From Adineta vaga (lineage: Eukaryota > Animalia > Rotifera), in assembly GCA_021613535.1 (NCBI GenBank), contig CP075495.1:4154001-4218000 (forward strand): a DNA stretch of 64,000 nucleotides, written 5' to 3'. The notes under the pieces are model-generated. The model searched no databases. It was not told the origin of the DNA and worked only from the letters and a program-made list of their open reading frames with translations. This document shows, piece after piece, positions 11,901 to 26,036 of the stretch (position 1 is the stretch's first letter; each line of letters starts with the position of its first letter). The translations under genes were made by a program, and so were the position numbers.

Positions 11901-14900
11901 TGCAATAAAAAATACATCAACATTAGTTGCACAAATACTTTCAACACGTGATAATCTATTAGCTATTTGTTTAAAAGAAGGAAAAATTACTGAAGCAAAT
12001 GAAGTTATTCGAGTAAATTGTAATCTTATCTTTTCACAAATCAAATGATTTTCTTTTTTAGTTATTTAATATGCAAGATCATCCTCTTGCTGTTGAAGCT
12101 AAATTTAGTAAATTATTTCATGATACTGTTATACAGTTATCAACAAATCATTCATCTTCAACATCATCAATTGATAATTCATCGATCAATTCTTCTTTAG
12201 CCGGTTTAGCAATATTAGCATCAACTGCTCTTGGTCATTCTTCCGTTCAAAATGATATTAATCCATTATTAGAAGCAGCACAATCTCCTCATGTTTCATC
12301 GACATTACCAACATCGAATTATTTCGATCATGAACATTTTCTTTCTTTAACTTTATTTGATCTTGCTATGAATGCACCAACAATGACAATAAGTAAAACA
12401 TTACTCGATATGGCACAACATCATTTACCTATTCCACGTCCATTATTTTCTTCGAATTCTTCGACACATAATAATCAAACAAATAAAAATTCATCAACAA
12501 GAATTAAAAGTTTAAATGAAATGATTAATACTTATAGTCAACTAGCAAATTCATCAAATGGATCATTTCATGATCTATTACTTGATGTAACAATACCATT
12601 AGATGGAGTTAAAGCAACGAAAACAATTCAATATTATAAAAGACTTGATGAACATTGTCGACAATATTATATAAATGAACAAAATGCTTTATCAATTGAA
12701 GAACAAGTGAAAATTACTGGTGAATTCTTTGAAAATGATCCACAAGCTAAAGTCGATTTAATTGCATTTATCAGGTAATCTTTAGAAGAAGAAGAAGAAG
12801 AAAAAAACACTTTCCGTGACTTGAAATTTCTTTTCTTTTAGAAATACATCCAATACATCTAAATTATCTTCTTCATCTTATGTAAATTATTTTTCAATAT
12901 TTCATACTTATTTACAAAATTTTCGAATACTTCTCGATAAATTTCCTGTTCAAGATATTTCCAGTGATATTGATCTCTCCAAACATTCACCATTATCCCT
13001 CATTCATCGTATTGTCGCACGATCAACTGATATTGATTTAACACAATTACAATTGATGACATCAAAATTAAATATTGATATATCACTTGCTGTTAGTTTG
13101 AATATTATTCGTCCATTATTTGTTGATAAAACCATTACAACATCAACATTATCATCAAATCGACGTACAACATTATTACAACAACAACCTATTGATATTT
13201 TTTCTTATCGTCAACGAACGATTCAACAACAACAATCATTTTCCATATCGACGGAAAGTGCCAAAAAACAAATTCGAAAATCATCAACATTTCTTAAACG
13301 TTTAACAAGTAAATTAGATGATTTTCAAAATGAACCTCAATTATTTAATGAACATCCTGAGAAATTCATACGAACTTTACTTACCAAATTATTAGATTCT
13401 ATTCGAAGTTAGTTTTATAAATAAAACTCTCGAACTTCGAGAGATTCTATCAATCTATTCTTATTTGTTTTTTGTTTTAGAACTTCTTCCAGAATCGAAT
13501 CATAATTACATGAACATTGAACATGTCGAAAAGTTACTTGCAATCGAAGATTATGATGATATTTTGAATGCTTTACCTCTATTATCCTATTTGGATCTTG
13601 ATCGTCTATTGACCAATGAAGAACGTATATGTTTTTTTGCAAATTTATATAATTTTTTGATAATAATCTCTCATATTGAACTTATTCGATCATCAATAAC
13701 ACAAATTTCAATAACAAGTACAACAAATATCTTTCGTAATGATTTAGAACGTCTTCTATTTCTTTTAACAACACGTATTGATGTTGGACAATTAAAACAA
13801 ATATCGTTATACGATATTCGACATTATATTTTACAACAAAATATACTTAATAATGGACTTAAATTTGATATTGATTCCAATGGACCTTATCATTACTATG
13901 CACCTGATATTTCTACTGATCAACATATAAAAATTGGTTTACTATTAAATGATTGTATATTATCATCAGTACCATTTATTATTCTAACACCGGAATTATT
14001 TAATGAACAATTACAACGATCGATTCGAGATTTTATTGATAAATGTGTAGTGATTAAAACGAATGAAACAGATCAATCTCTTACTATTATTTTACCATAT
14101 ATTCTTCAGATACAATTTGATCAAACTAAAGATGATATAATTAAATTTATTGGAGAATATTCATCGAATAATGAAGTAGTATGTGCTATCAATGGTAAGA
14201 TTCATTGACTTTCCTATAGATAAACACAATGATATTCTTTTAGAAAAACGTACGATAACAATTGAAACCATTTCAAATCGAACTGAATTTGCAATCAATT
14301 TTGAATATCATTCCTATTCAACACAATATGAAAAACATCAACGTCGTCGTCGAACAAGTTCTCTTCCATCATCTACATCAATTACGACCATATCTTCGTC
14401 TTCTTCTTCTTCAATTGATTTTCTTCCTTCGACAACAAGTTTACCGAATCATTTAATTGATTCTCGTACAATATCATTCGTACAAGAAAAATCTCCTGCA
14501 TTAGGACAAATTCTTCAAATCTACGTTCAATCAGTTGTTCATAATCAAGCAATTGAAAATGATAAAACACCTTTGAAAAGTTATTTTACAAGTTTATTAT
14601 TATCTCCTACATTAATTCAATCAACATCATCAATTGGAGATGAATGGTTTCGTTCAATTGTTTTAAATGATTTAACGTATCAACATGATCTTCTTCTCTA
14701 TCTTTGTTCATTATTATGGAATGATTCTAAATATCTTGAAATTGTTCAATTATTTGATTCATTATTACCATCTTTTATTGTTCATTCATCCTATTGTCAA
14801 ATACTACGTGATCTAGCTTTATTAGAATTAATTAAACAAACATCTGAACCTGATCGTGCTTATCATTATGTACGAAAAATTCATGATTGTCATCTATTAG

Positions 14901-17900
14901 TTCATGCAACTATTACTTATCTACCACGATTTGATGGTCCAACATGTTTAAAATTACTTCAATTATGTTTAACTTCATGTAAAAAATCTCATCCAGATTA
15001 TGTTCATTGGATACAAGAACGCTTAAATATCATGTATATTTATAAAACTCTTTGTCTTGGTGCATTAGCACAATTTAATAAATGTATGGAAAAAATCTCT
15101 AAAGAGGATGATCGATTGAATATATCAATTGATGATATGGCAATAAAAAAAACTTCCTCGAAATGTTTAACATGGCAACGTGCTGAAGAACATTCACAAC
15201 TTGACCCATTAGCCGTTGTTAATATGTTTATCTATGAAAAACAATTCGATGCAGGACATAAATGGTTAACATTATTAAATAATCATGTTGATGAAAGTAT
15301 TATTAATCGTGTAAGATATAAATTAGCTGAAGAACATATTCATTGGTTATTAAAAGAAAATGTTGATAATGGATATCGTATTTTACAAATTATTGATACA
15401 ATTACAAATACAAATGATAAATGGCATTTATGTACAGATTTAATAAGTGATTTATCAAAACAACAATTCGTCACATATACGAAATCAATGCCATTTTGCA
15501 AATTATTTATTAAATTTCGTTTGATACAATATATGTTAGGACATTTTGATGAGAAATCGAATTTTTTTCAAGGACAATATGAGCGATCGAAATTATGTAT
15601 ATTAGCTATGGGTTTAGCAATCTTTTTCGATTTTATACCATTTGGCCAGACAGATTCTTATGTCCAATTAGTTGGACAACCATTACTTATTCTTGAACAA
15701 TTACTAATGAATAGTTCAACAGATATAGCGAAAATAACAATTGAAAAATTGAAAATTTTGATTGAAAGATATTCATTGGAAAGTATAATAAATATTCAAC
15801 AAATCGATCAATTAATTGAAACATATACGAAGAAAAGTGTTCGATTGGACGTTGTACAACATAATGAAGAAACAACAATAGCACCAGTTGAGAATAAGTA
15901 AGTATAGATTTAAACTAGAAAATCATTGGTTCTTCAATTTATAAGATGAATGTTCGATTGTACAGATAATTCTCTATGATATTTTCTTTTCAGGCCGATG
16001 CTTCCACCACAAATAAATGCCCAACTTGAACGTCGTCGTCCTTCCTTAGTTCCATCTTTCAATACTAGTCGCCGAAAGAGTTCTCATGATCTATCTCCAT
16101 CAGGTCGTCGAAATCAAAGTGGCGGTACAAGTAGTCTCCTTAGTACCATACGTCATCGTATGTCACCAAAAACATCTATATCTTCTCCAGGTGCACCAGA
16201 TCATGATGCACATTTATCATCACCTTCGACAATTGGATCATCACCAAATACGAATAGTCCACCAATGTCAAATTCAATTCCGATCAAATCACAACAACCA
16301 TCAACAAATTCATCATCCTTCTTTGACTATATATCAACATCATTCTCCAATAAACCTAGTATTAGTGAACAAACAATGAAACCATCACAAACAACTGACT
16401 ATACAATGCCATTAGCCGTTCCAACACGAAAGTTATGGATATCAGATGATGAAGTAGCTGTTTGTATGTGCTGTAATGAAACACGATTTTCAATGTTTAA
16501 TCGTCGTCATCATTGTCGTCGATGTGGTCGTGTCGTATGTAAACCATGTTCACAACATACGACTATGATTAATGAACGTTCTGAACGAACATGTAAAGAT
16601 TGTTATCAATATATACAAAATAATCCAGCAATACCAATAAATTCACGAGCAGAAACAAACAATCCAACGAAGAAAAATGATAATCCTCGATCGTATGTTT
16701 TTCAAATTCTTTCCTATTGAATTTTCTTTGAGAACTGAGTTCAATGAATAAGTTCTAAATCATGAATAGATTTGAATGATTAATTAGATGATACGAAACT
16801 AGATTTTCTGTATGAATTCGTTTTTATTTCAGTTTACCACGATCCATCAATTCATTCAAAAGACAATCGATTAGTCAACTTTATTTACCCAGTCAACGTG
16901 ATTATGGAAACACATCAAATCAACTTTTGTTAGGTACATCATTAGCTAAAGATACTCCAAGTATCTTAGAAGAAGACTTATCATTAGTAAGTTCAAGTTT
17001 GTCAACGACTAGTCCATTATTGAAAGGTAATAAATTCAATGGTCTATCTTCAATTGATTCACCACAAAAACAAGATCAAACTTCTGATATACCAGCTATT
17101 CCTATCATTTATGATCAAGTTCAATATCAATTAACTGGTACAGCGAATGATGAAATCTTACGTAACGATTTTCATTATGATCAATCTCCAAGTATATCTT
17201 TATGTTTATCATTAATTGAATTACACTCGGATCAATATGCCTGTGGCAAATTATTAATACAATTATGTGAATATCTATCTGAACAACTTTCAAGTAAACA
17301 ACGTAATAGTGAAATTGATTATGGTTTAGTTTTAAATATTATTAAAAATCTTCTATTTACGGCAAAAATGAAATTAATGACTATACAGGTAGATGATGAA
17401 CAACTGGGTGAACAACAAAAATTAATAGCATCATGTGATATGTATAATAATTTAGTTGATATTCTAAATCGATTAAATATGGCTAATTGTTCATTACCAG
17501 CTTTGAATGATCTTTTACAACAAGATACATTACGCAAAATTCGTAATCAATTAGTCGATGATGAAAGATATCAATTAGCAATGGATATTTCTACAAGATG
17601 TAATTTAGATACACAATCAATTTGGTTTCGATGGGGAATGGGTATGTAGAATAGTTACTATAGATTACATGAATATTCTGTTTTAATGATGAATGTTTTC
17701 GATGATTTATTTTAGCTTATCTACATATTGGTCAATTTGGTGAAGCTCGTGATAAATTTGAAAAATGTCTACAGAAAACAAATGAAACAAATGATTCAAC
17801 ATCCATACAACAACAACGTGGTGGTGTAAGTCAAGAAAAATTACTCAATGATATTATATCCTATCTTGAATCATTTCGTTCATTGAAATTTTCAATGAAA

Positions 17901-19359
17901 TTTCAATATCTTGCTGAACAACAAATGCGACAAACTGGACAAACACGTGCTAGTTTAAAATATCTCAATAGTCTTTCGACAATTCCTCGTTTACCTGATA
18001 AATCTACGCAAGGTTTGAATATTCTTCTATCTAATTCTAAATGAAATTTTCTTTTTTTTTCAAATTAGTCATTGAAAATGAAATTCTATTTTACTTATCA
18101 ACATATAGTGACGATGCTCATATTTTGGATTATTACATTCGTCATGAATATTATACCCAAGCATTTGAATATAAATGTTCATTAACATTATTTCGTGATC
18201 ATATTTATCTTCCATTATTAAAACGTAACAATATTAAACATCTATTTCATTATATTTCATCACGTAATAGTACTTTATTAGCGCATCATCTAAAATTTGT
18301 ATGTACATATTTAAAAGAACAAAACATGCTTCATTCATTACAGCAATTACAATTATTTTTAAATGATTTTATTAATGCAGGATTTACATCTGTGAAATTA
18401 TTTACGTTAAATCGAACGACATATTTAGATCTATTTGAAAAACGTTTGAGTTATTTACAAAAAAGTTTAGAATGTTTTCAACAAGCAAAAGCTGATTCAG
18501 AACAAACAGCGATCAAAATGCAAAAGTAAATCAAAATGAGAAGATAGTTTAATTCAACTCCTTACAGAAGAGAGAGAGAGAGCAGCATGATTTCTGTGTC
18601 CAATGAAATAATCTTGATTGTTTTTTTCTTCTAGTACTAAAAATAAAATTGAACTTCAACTTGAATTAACTCGTCATATTTATACGCAATTAAAACGATT
18701 GAATAATAATGGATCAACTATATTGCCTAATTGTCCAACATTATTCGATGGAAAAGAAGCGATTATCAAACTTATCATCGGTTTATTAATGATGTCTGAT
18801 ATAATGTCTACGACTTTTAGTTTAATTAATAAAATAATCAATGTAAGATTTCGATTTTCACCATTTTTTTGTTTCATTTTTCTTTGATTTCAAGGAAATG
18901 AATGTTACACCAAGTGAAGTATTTCTTCCATGTGCTGAAGAAATAGGTAGACGTCATGATTATCGTATTCTTCAACAATTACTTCAAGCCATGCGTGAAA
19001 ATGGTTATAATGATTCGAAATTACATGATGAAATTCTCGAAACTTGCATTCGTCAAACTGGTTCTGATGTTGAACAAGTAAATTGAACGCAGAAATTCGA
19101 TGTTAATTTTCTTTTCTTTTTTGTTTTAATTTGTTAGAGTAAAGAACAAGATGGTTTAATACAAATGATAAAAAATGATGATACTCGTATCAATGTTTGC
19201 ATTGCTGTGGGCAAATTACGTGCTGCTTATTTAATTGCTATTCGTCTTGGTAAAGAAGAAAAAGTTCGTTTAATTCGTGATGATGCTCATAAAAGTGGAC
19301 AAACAGCTGTTTATGATATATGTAAAAAATGGTTGGAAAATCGTGCTAGTGAACAATAA
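8950..19359 (+). CDS. ZFYVE26: Spastizin (FYVE zinc-finger protein 26), large multi-exon gene with one apparent frameshift at about 10615
   Basis: N-terminal LGQWEFAR; PLLILEQLLMN; FYVE WISDDEVAVCMCCNETRFSMFNRRHHCRRCGRVVCKPCS; RNDFHYDQSPSISLCLSL; C-terminal GKLRAAYLIAIR...ICKKWL. Confidence 0.9.
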
Positions 19360-19598
19360 ACATTGAAATAAATCTCTAGTCTTTCTTATTTAAAACTGCA
19401 ATGAATGAATATTTCCTTCTTTTTATTTATGCCTGTGATTGTAGTATTTTCTTTTTTAAATAGGTGATTCTTCTTCTTTTTTAACTTTACAGTAATATCA
19501 ACTTTCTTTTCTTTAAAGAAATAAAACACGAAATATGTCTTTCTTTTTTCTCTAGTTTATGTAATCGATTTAACTTTCACATGATCCTTTTTTTAGAT

Positions 19599-22354
19599 AT
19601 GTTAGCGGATTTCTTAGAAAAAAATGATATTAGAATATATAACGGTAAGTTTCAATACAAAGAAAATGATAGATATGAGTGAATATAATGATCTTGTGTT
19701 TTTTTCTTCTTCTTAGAATCTATCAATTCGGATCAAATTAATGTACTGAAAACTAGTTTGAAACAAGAAATTGAAGATAAACAAAGTCAAATTCATCAAT
19801 TCTATACAAATAAACTTGAAGATATTACGAAAATCGATGAACAAACAGAAAAAATCATTGATCAATGTGAACAACTCGAATTGAAACGTAAAGAATTAAT
19901 CGAAAAAATCGATGATTATTCCAAACTTGAAAATCATGCTCGACATGTCAATTCAAATTATTATCAAGTTCAACATTTAAATCAATTTATCGATGGTATT
20001 AAACAATTGAATCATTTACAAACTCAAATACAAGGTAATCATTAGTCTTTCTCTCCTGAAACATTCTCTCTCTCTTTTTTTTGTTTTTCAATAGAATGTC
20101 GACAATTATGTAAAGTTGGTGATTTAAATCAAGCAAAGATTTCTTATAAATCTATCGAAATTCTTCTCAATGATGAATATTTATTTCCAACAACATCTGA
20201 TAAAATTCCTCAACAACATCATTCATTATATGAAACATTTCAAAGATCTGCAAGACAATTACGTTCAGATATTTGTCAAACACATCATATTTTATGGAAT
20301 GATGGTGTTGATCGAACGATTAAAAATGAATTCAAATTCAATTTAAAGTATCTTGATCAATTATTTCAATGTATTTTCTATGATGATAAAGGTGAAAAAG
20401 TATTAATGGAAAAAAATATTCAATCATTTGCGAATTATTGTCTTCAAAGATTTATACAAATTTTAGTAGAAAAAAATAGGAAATTAAATATCCAAGTTGA
20501 ACCAATGCATGTTACTGTTCAGTTAGAAGATGAAGAAGATGAAGATGATAGAAATGATATTGAACAATTGAATTTAACATTGAATTATTTAAAAGAATTC
20601 TTTCAAATATTGAATACGTATTTATTATCAAGAATAATGAATATTCAAACAACAAAAGATCAGTAAGAAATGATTGGTTACAAATAAAAGACTTGTTTTT
20701 CATATATATATATATGTATGTTTTAGATCAATAGAAACAATTTCATTGATGTCAATTTTTTCTACAACGATCAGTAATGATTTCATCGAACTTATACGTG
20801 AACATCTTTTAAATATAATTCCAAATGATTTTCAATATATGGAAATATTTCATTCATTATTACAAACAGTAAATAAATTCGAAAAATATTTGATTGAAAT
20901 CAAATTTTTTTCATCAAAACAAACTACGAATATACTTTCATCTGTTGTTGGAAATATTGAAGAATCAATTATAAAAAGTCGTTGTCGAACATATCTTAAT
21001 CAAAGTCGAGAATTATTACAATCAAATACAAATCTCAATACATCATTTAAAACTATTGAAATTGGTGATAATGAACAAATATTTCAAGAAACTCAACAAG
21101 AAAAAGAACGATATCAAAATCAAACATCATCAAATATTCTCTCATCAAACATTAGTCTAGATGAATTAGATGCAAATATGTTTCGATTTCCTCGTACTAC
21201 GATTGTGTAAGAATGAAAATTTGATGAGAAAAATTTTCTTATTTTCTTATATTTTCAGAGAACATGTGTACAATTATATGGCATTTGTTCGAAAAGTTTT
21301 ACAAGAAGCTGATCACGTTGACAACTATGGTGCACATCTTTGTGCAACGGCTAGAAATATGATGGAATTATTTCATGTTATCTATGGAAATTTACGCGAG
21401 AAAAAAGCACAAGAATTTCCATATTTGACCGGTAAGATCTCGAGATAATCGGATATTCTTTTTTATGATTATTTCTAATATATACGAAACAAATGCAATC
21501 ATTTCTCTTTTTGATTTCAGCATTGCATTTTAATACATATATGTACGTGGCACATGAATGTCTTCTTCTTGGTGAAGAATATTATCATTTAAAAAATAAA
21601 ACAGGCGATGGTCAACCAATAACATTTGTTGATTATGTTGCTATATTTCGTAATCAAGCAGCAAATTTACTTAAAACACAATTAGATACACAACGAGATC
21701 TGTTAACATCTTTCATCAAAGAAATTGGAGGTTTGATTGAATAATTCTGTTTTTTATATTCACGACTTGTTTCTTTTTACAATTCAAATAGCATTTCATA
21801 GTATTGCTGATGAAGGAGAAAATCAAGATCGATTGAAACGGGCGATTAATAAATGTACAATACAATTGGAGAATCTCTCTCGTAATTGGCGTGATGTCTT
21901 TTCACCTCACGTTTATTTTAAAGTTCTGGGTATGACTAAAACGATAAGAAATGTCTTTTAGATTTGTCTTCTTTTTATTTATGTAGGATATCTATGTGAT
22001 CATGTTAGTCAACTTCTTATTAAAGAAACTTTATCACTTGAAGATATTCCTGAACAAGAATGTGAAATTATGGTTAATGTATTTACGCAATGGTCAACAT
22101 TTTTACAGAATATACTTGTAAAAGATGAAATTAGTCCTGGTTTAAATATTCTTGCACGTCTTGCACCTAATCTAACAAGATTTAATGAATTGTGTCTTGT
22201 ATTAAATAGTTCATTGCAGACAATTGTTGATCGATGGTTTAATGGTCAAGGACCATTAGCAAGTCAATTTACTGCTTTTGAAGTTAAACAACTTATTCGA
22301 GCTCTTTTTCAAACTTCCGAAAGACGAACAGCAGCACTTGCTAAAATTCAATAA
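19599..22354 (+). CDS. ZW10: Centromere/kinetochore protein ZW10
   Basis: MFRFPRTTI, ALHFNTYMYVAHECLLLG, FNELCLVLNSSLQTIVDRWFNGQGPLASQFTAFEVKQLIRALFQTSERRTAALAKI is the ZW10 C-terminal signature. Confidence 0.9.
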
Positions 22355-22467
22355 AATATTTTTCTTTCATCTCTCTCTCTCTCTTTGTGTGTACGTAGTT
22401 GTTTGCTTTGGGAAGAATGATCTTATCTCTTATATTTTCATAAAATTTATTCTTTTTAAGATAATAT

Positions 22468-23134
22468 ATGGGATCTCGACAGGCAAAAACACGAAATAAA
22501 AAAGGTGTCATCTATTCGAAAGAAACAAAAGAAATAGTTGATTGTTTATTTTGTCGTATTGTACATGGAGAATCACCAGCAAATCAATTATGGTATGCTG
22601 ATGATCAGTGTGCAGTTTTTATTCCCAGAGGACCAGTTGCACGATTACATTTATTAGTAGTACCATTAGAACATATTCAAAATATTTCAACTCTCACCGA
22701 AGAACATAGATCACTACTTGAACATATGAAAAAAGTAAACATACGAATGAAATGATTAGAAATGTTGGAGAAGCCTTTCATTGTAGGTAGCAATCGAACA
22801 ACTTCGTGTTCATTCTCAATACATTGGATCTAAGAAATCTCCATTAATGCCGCTTGCACCACCACCATCTCATTACGCATTTAATCGAGGAAACTTACCG
22901 GTACTGTTTCCAGCTACTGAATCTTACAACGATGAAGAAACACCTATGGATGCTTCATTCGATCTTTGTTTCCATCGTCCACCTTACAATTCAATTGATC
23001 ATCTTCATCTGCATGCTATTCAAAAACCTTTTCGAAGTGTGTGGAGTCATTTTATGTTTGCAGAAAATTTTCGTTGGCATGCTTCACTAAGCAGTGTTCT
23101 ACTCAATCTTCCATCAACAAAAGCTAAGCTGTGA
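22468..23134 (+). CDS. HINT3: Histidine triad nucleotide-binding protein, HINT3-like (2 exons)
   Basis: DCLFCRIV, HLLVVPLEHI and FHRPPYNSIDHLHLH (HIT motif); intron at about 22735-22786. Confidence 0.8.
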
Positions 23135-23287
23135 TTTTGTGGTTATTTATTTTTATCGAAATAAATATTTCAAATGATTTTATATCTGTTGAAATCAATA
23201 AGATGATTGTAAACAGTTAATTTCTGTTAAGAATTATATCTTCGTAGGATTTATTTTATTTTCCTTTTCTCATACGAACATGAAAAT

Positions 23288-24549
23288 TTAATTCATTCTT
23301 GGACGATTGATTATTTCACGAATCCATTCGATATAAGAAGCTGTTTTTGTGAAAACGGTTGGAAAAGCTTGTTGACCACATCCAATAGCATAACTAACGA
23401 CACCAGCAACATACCAACGACCATTCTTAAAATAGAGTAAACCACCACCACTATCACCTTGACATGATCTAGACGATGAAGAATAGATTCAACTGATGAG
23501 TAAAACTGAAATTAATAACGTACCCATGATCTCTTTCAGCAGGTCCTGTATGAGCAGTACAAACTTGATTTTGTGCATCATAAGCAAAATACATAGAACA
23601 ATCGGAGATAACACGAAGACGTGCTTGAAGGAGTACAGGACTTGAACTATTCCACATTTGATGTACAGTATTACCCCAACCAGCGACATAAACAGCCGCA
23701 TCAAGTGGTGGTTCAGCAATCTTATGAAATAATAGAAAAGCGATATTCTTCATTAAAGACAAAACTTACATTATCAATAAGACAAATTGGTTGAACATCT
23801 TGTGAAAATGTAATTGGCGAAGCTAATCGAATAATTCCAATATCATCTGTTGAACGTGGTTCATCATATGATGGATGTGAAACTAATTCAGCAATAGGTA
23901 TAAGTTGTCCTGATGATAATCGATTATGTGCACCAACTCGTGCATAATAATTGCCCAGATCATCTGAATAATCCAAACAATGTGCAGCTGTTAATATATG
24001 CCATTGATCAATAATAACACCACCACAATCATGTACATTTTTATATTGTAATGAAACAGCCCATGGAAGAGAATGTGGTACAGCTTCAAAACCATTCACA
24101 ATTCGAAGTGGAGAATTTGTATGTGGTTGACGATATGTTTGACCACATTGTTGAGATTGATATCCTTGTTGATTTGGACAACAAAAACGAACGCTATAAT
24201 CAGGGCAACGTGATGTTGGTGTACCCATACAAAAGACACCATTATTATTAATTAATGTTTGATAGAGTGATGTATTATTATTTGATTTTCCCGAAACTGA
24301 ATATTCAACATTCGAGATTGTATCACATCGAGTAGCTTCAGGATTTTGTTTTCTAATAACCGATATATCTTCAATATCATTACCATTTGTTGTTCGAGGA
24401 TTTTGTGTATTGAACCATGGTGTCCATGATGATGTTTTCGGATCACATTCTTCATCGATAATTGATGAAAGTTCTTGACTACCAAAAACTTTGGAAGAAA
24501 ATAATACGAAACAAATGAGAAATGAATGTGATATTGATAGCATGATCAC
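23288..24549 (-). CDS. Secreted S1 serine protease with an N-terminal mucin-type WxxW Cys-rich module (3 exons)
   Basis: Signal peptide; WTPWFN...GNDIE...C.DYSVRFCC; activation site R|IVNG; triad TAAHC, DDIGII, GDSGG. Stop TAA at 23290-23288. Confidence 0.9.
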
Positions 24550-25742
24550 TGTTTTCTATTTCGCACAAGTTTGTCTATAGATTGATATCAAAATTTAGCA
24601 ATGGTTTATATGCAAAAAGCTTCTCAAAAAGTACCTAAAAATATTCCATTGCTTTCTTTAGATTAGCATAGGCTATTCGATTGTTTTCGTCGATAGATCA
24701 ATGAAATTTGATAGTAATATTTATTGATAGAAAAAATTGAAATTAGCAAATTTAATTGAATTTAGCATTTTGAAGGCTTGTCAATATACAAAAATCACGC
24801 CCATACAACTGAAAATCATTTTGTTTTATCGAATGAGTAAGACCATTCATTTACTCTCAGCGTCTTGAATTTCTCATGGGAATATTAACAAACGGTTGTT
24901 TATTATAGGTGAAATTTACGTAGTCAATGCAATTTCTTTATGACGATGAAGAAACTGATACGGAAGTGATGCATGAAAAAATAATTGGTTGATTACCGTT
25001 TTTAGTTAGATTATTTATCATGCTGTCACTGCGGGCAAATTATATCTATTTTCATCTCTCTATTAAAATCCCAATGACAGCTATCATGATATACAAATCC
25101 TTTCATTCCTATCTACATTCTTCTTTTACTTCCGATTAATCTCCTTGAGAAATAATTTTGAAGCTATTAGTTTAGCTGTATTTATTCTTCTTATCGGGCA
25201 ATATTATTGATATTTTACTTCAATTTCTTTCTAATATCGTTCTCATTTTTATCTTGCACTAACATGAATACAATGTATAAGTTTTGTTGCATCACTCTCA
25301 TTAACAAAAAATGTTTTTATTCACTTGTGTGTCATATCTAATGTCAATTGTGTAATAACGATCTAGTTTAAATATATATGCTAATTCATAACCTTGTTTT
25401 TTGCTATCAACTATATCGTGAAAATAATATTTGACACAGAATGACGATATATAAAAGGGTAATATTGAAAAAAATCGTAAGCGTGAAAAATGAGTTATTT
25501 CAAATGATCAATGAAAAATATGCATTTCATCGAAAACATTTGTAAATTTACAATCAAAATTGTTTCCTATGACAATAGCAATTCATCAGAAAAATTTGCG
25601 CTTTAGTTGAAGTGATGATTCATTGTTATGATATTAAACTAATGTAAGTAAAGAGGAAGAAAGAAAGAAAGAAAGAAAAGAACAGAACACACCAGAATAT
25701 TTCTTTTTATAAATATAAAGCAGTGTATTATTCTAACTTTGC

Positions 25743-25770
25743 TGACTCATTATTAACATAGCATATAAAA
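25743..25770 (+). promoter_or_regulatory. AP-1 site (TGACTCA) followed by TATAAAA upstream of the MAPK phosphatase
   Basis: Exact TGACTCA at 25743-25749, TATAAAA at 25764-25770, and a CRE-like TGACGCA at about 25921. Confidence 0.4.
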
Positions 25771-26036
25771 TAAAGTACTCAAAGTAATATTTAAATAAAT
25801 CTTCTTCTTCTTCTTCTTTTGTTTCTATGTTCTTTTTGTACAGTCATCGTGACACGATTTGAAATGTTTACAACCGTTGTCTCCTTATATATTTGTATGT
25901 ATTTAAGATTAGAAATCATATGACGCATATGTACTTATATAGAAGTGACCATTCTTGTCGTACGCCGATGAATAATCCATCTGTTGTTGTTTTTTCTTTC
26001 TTTTAGATCATACTTTCATTTATCTTGTATTCGTTC

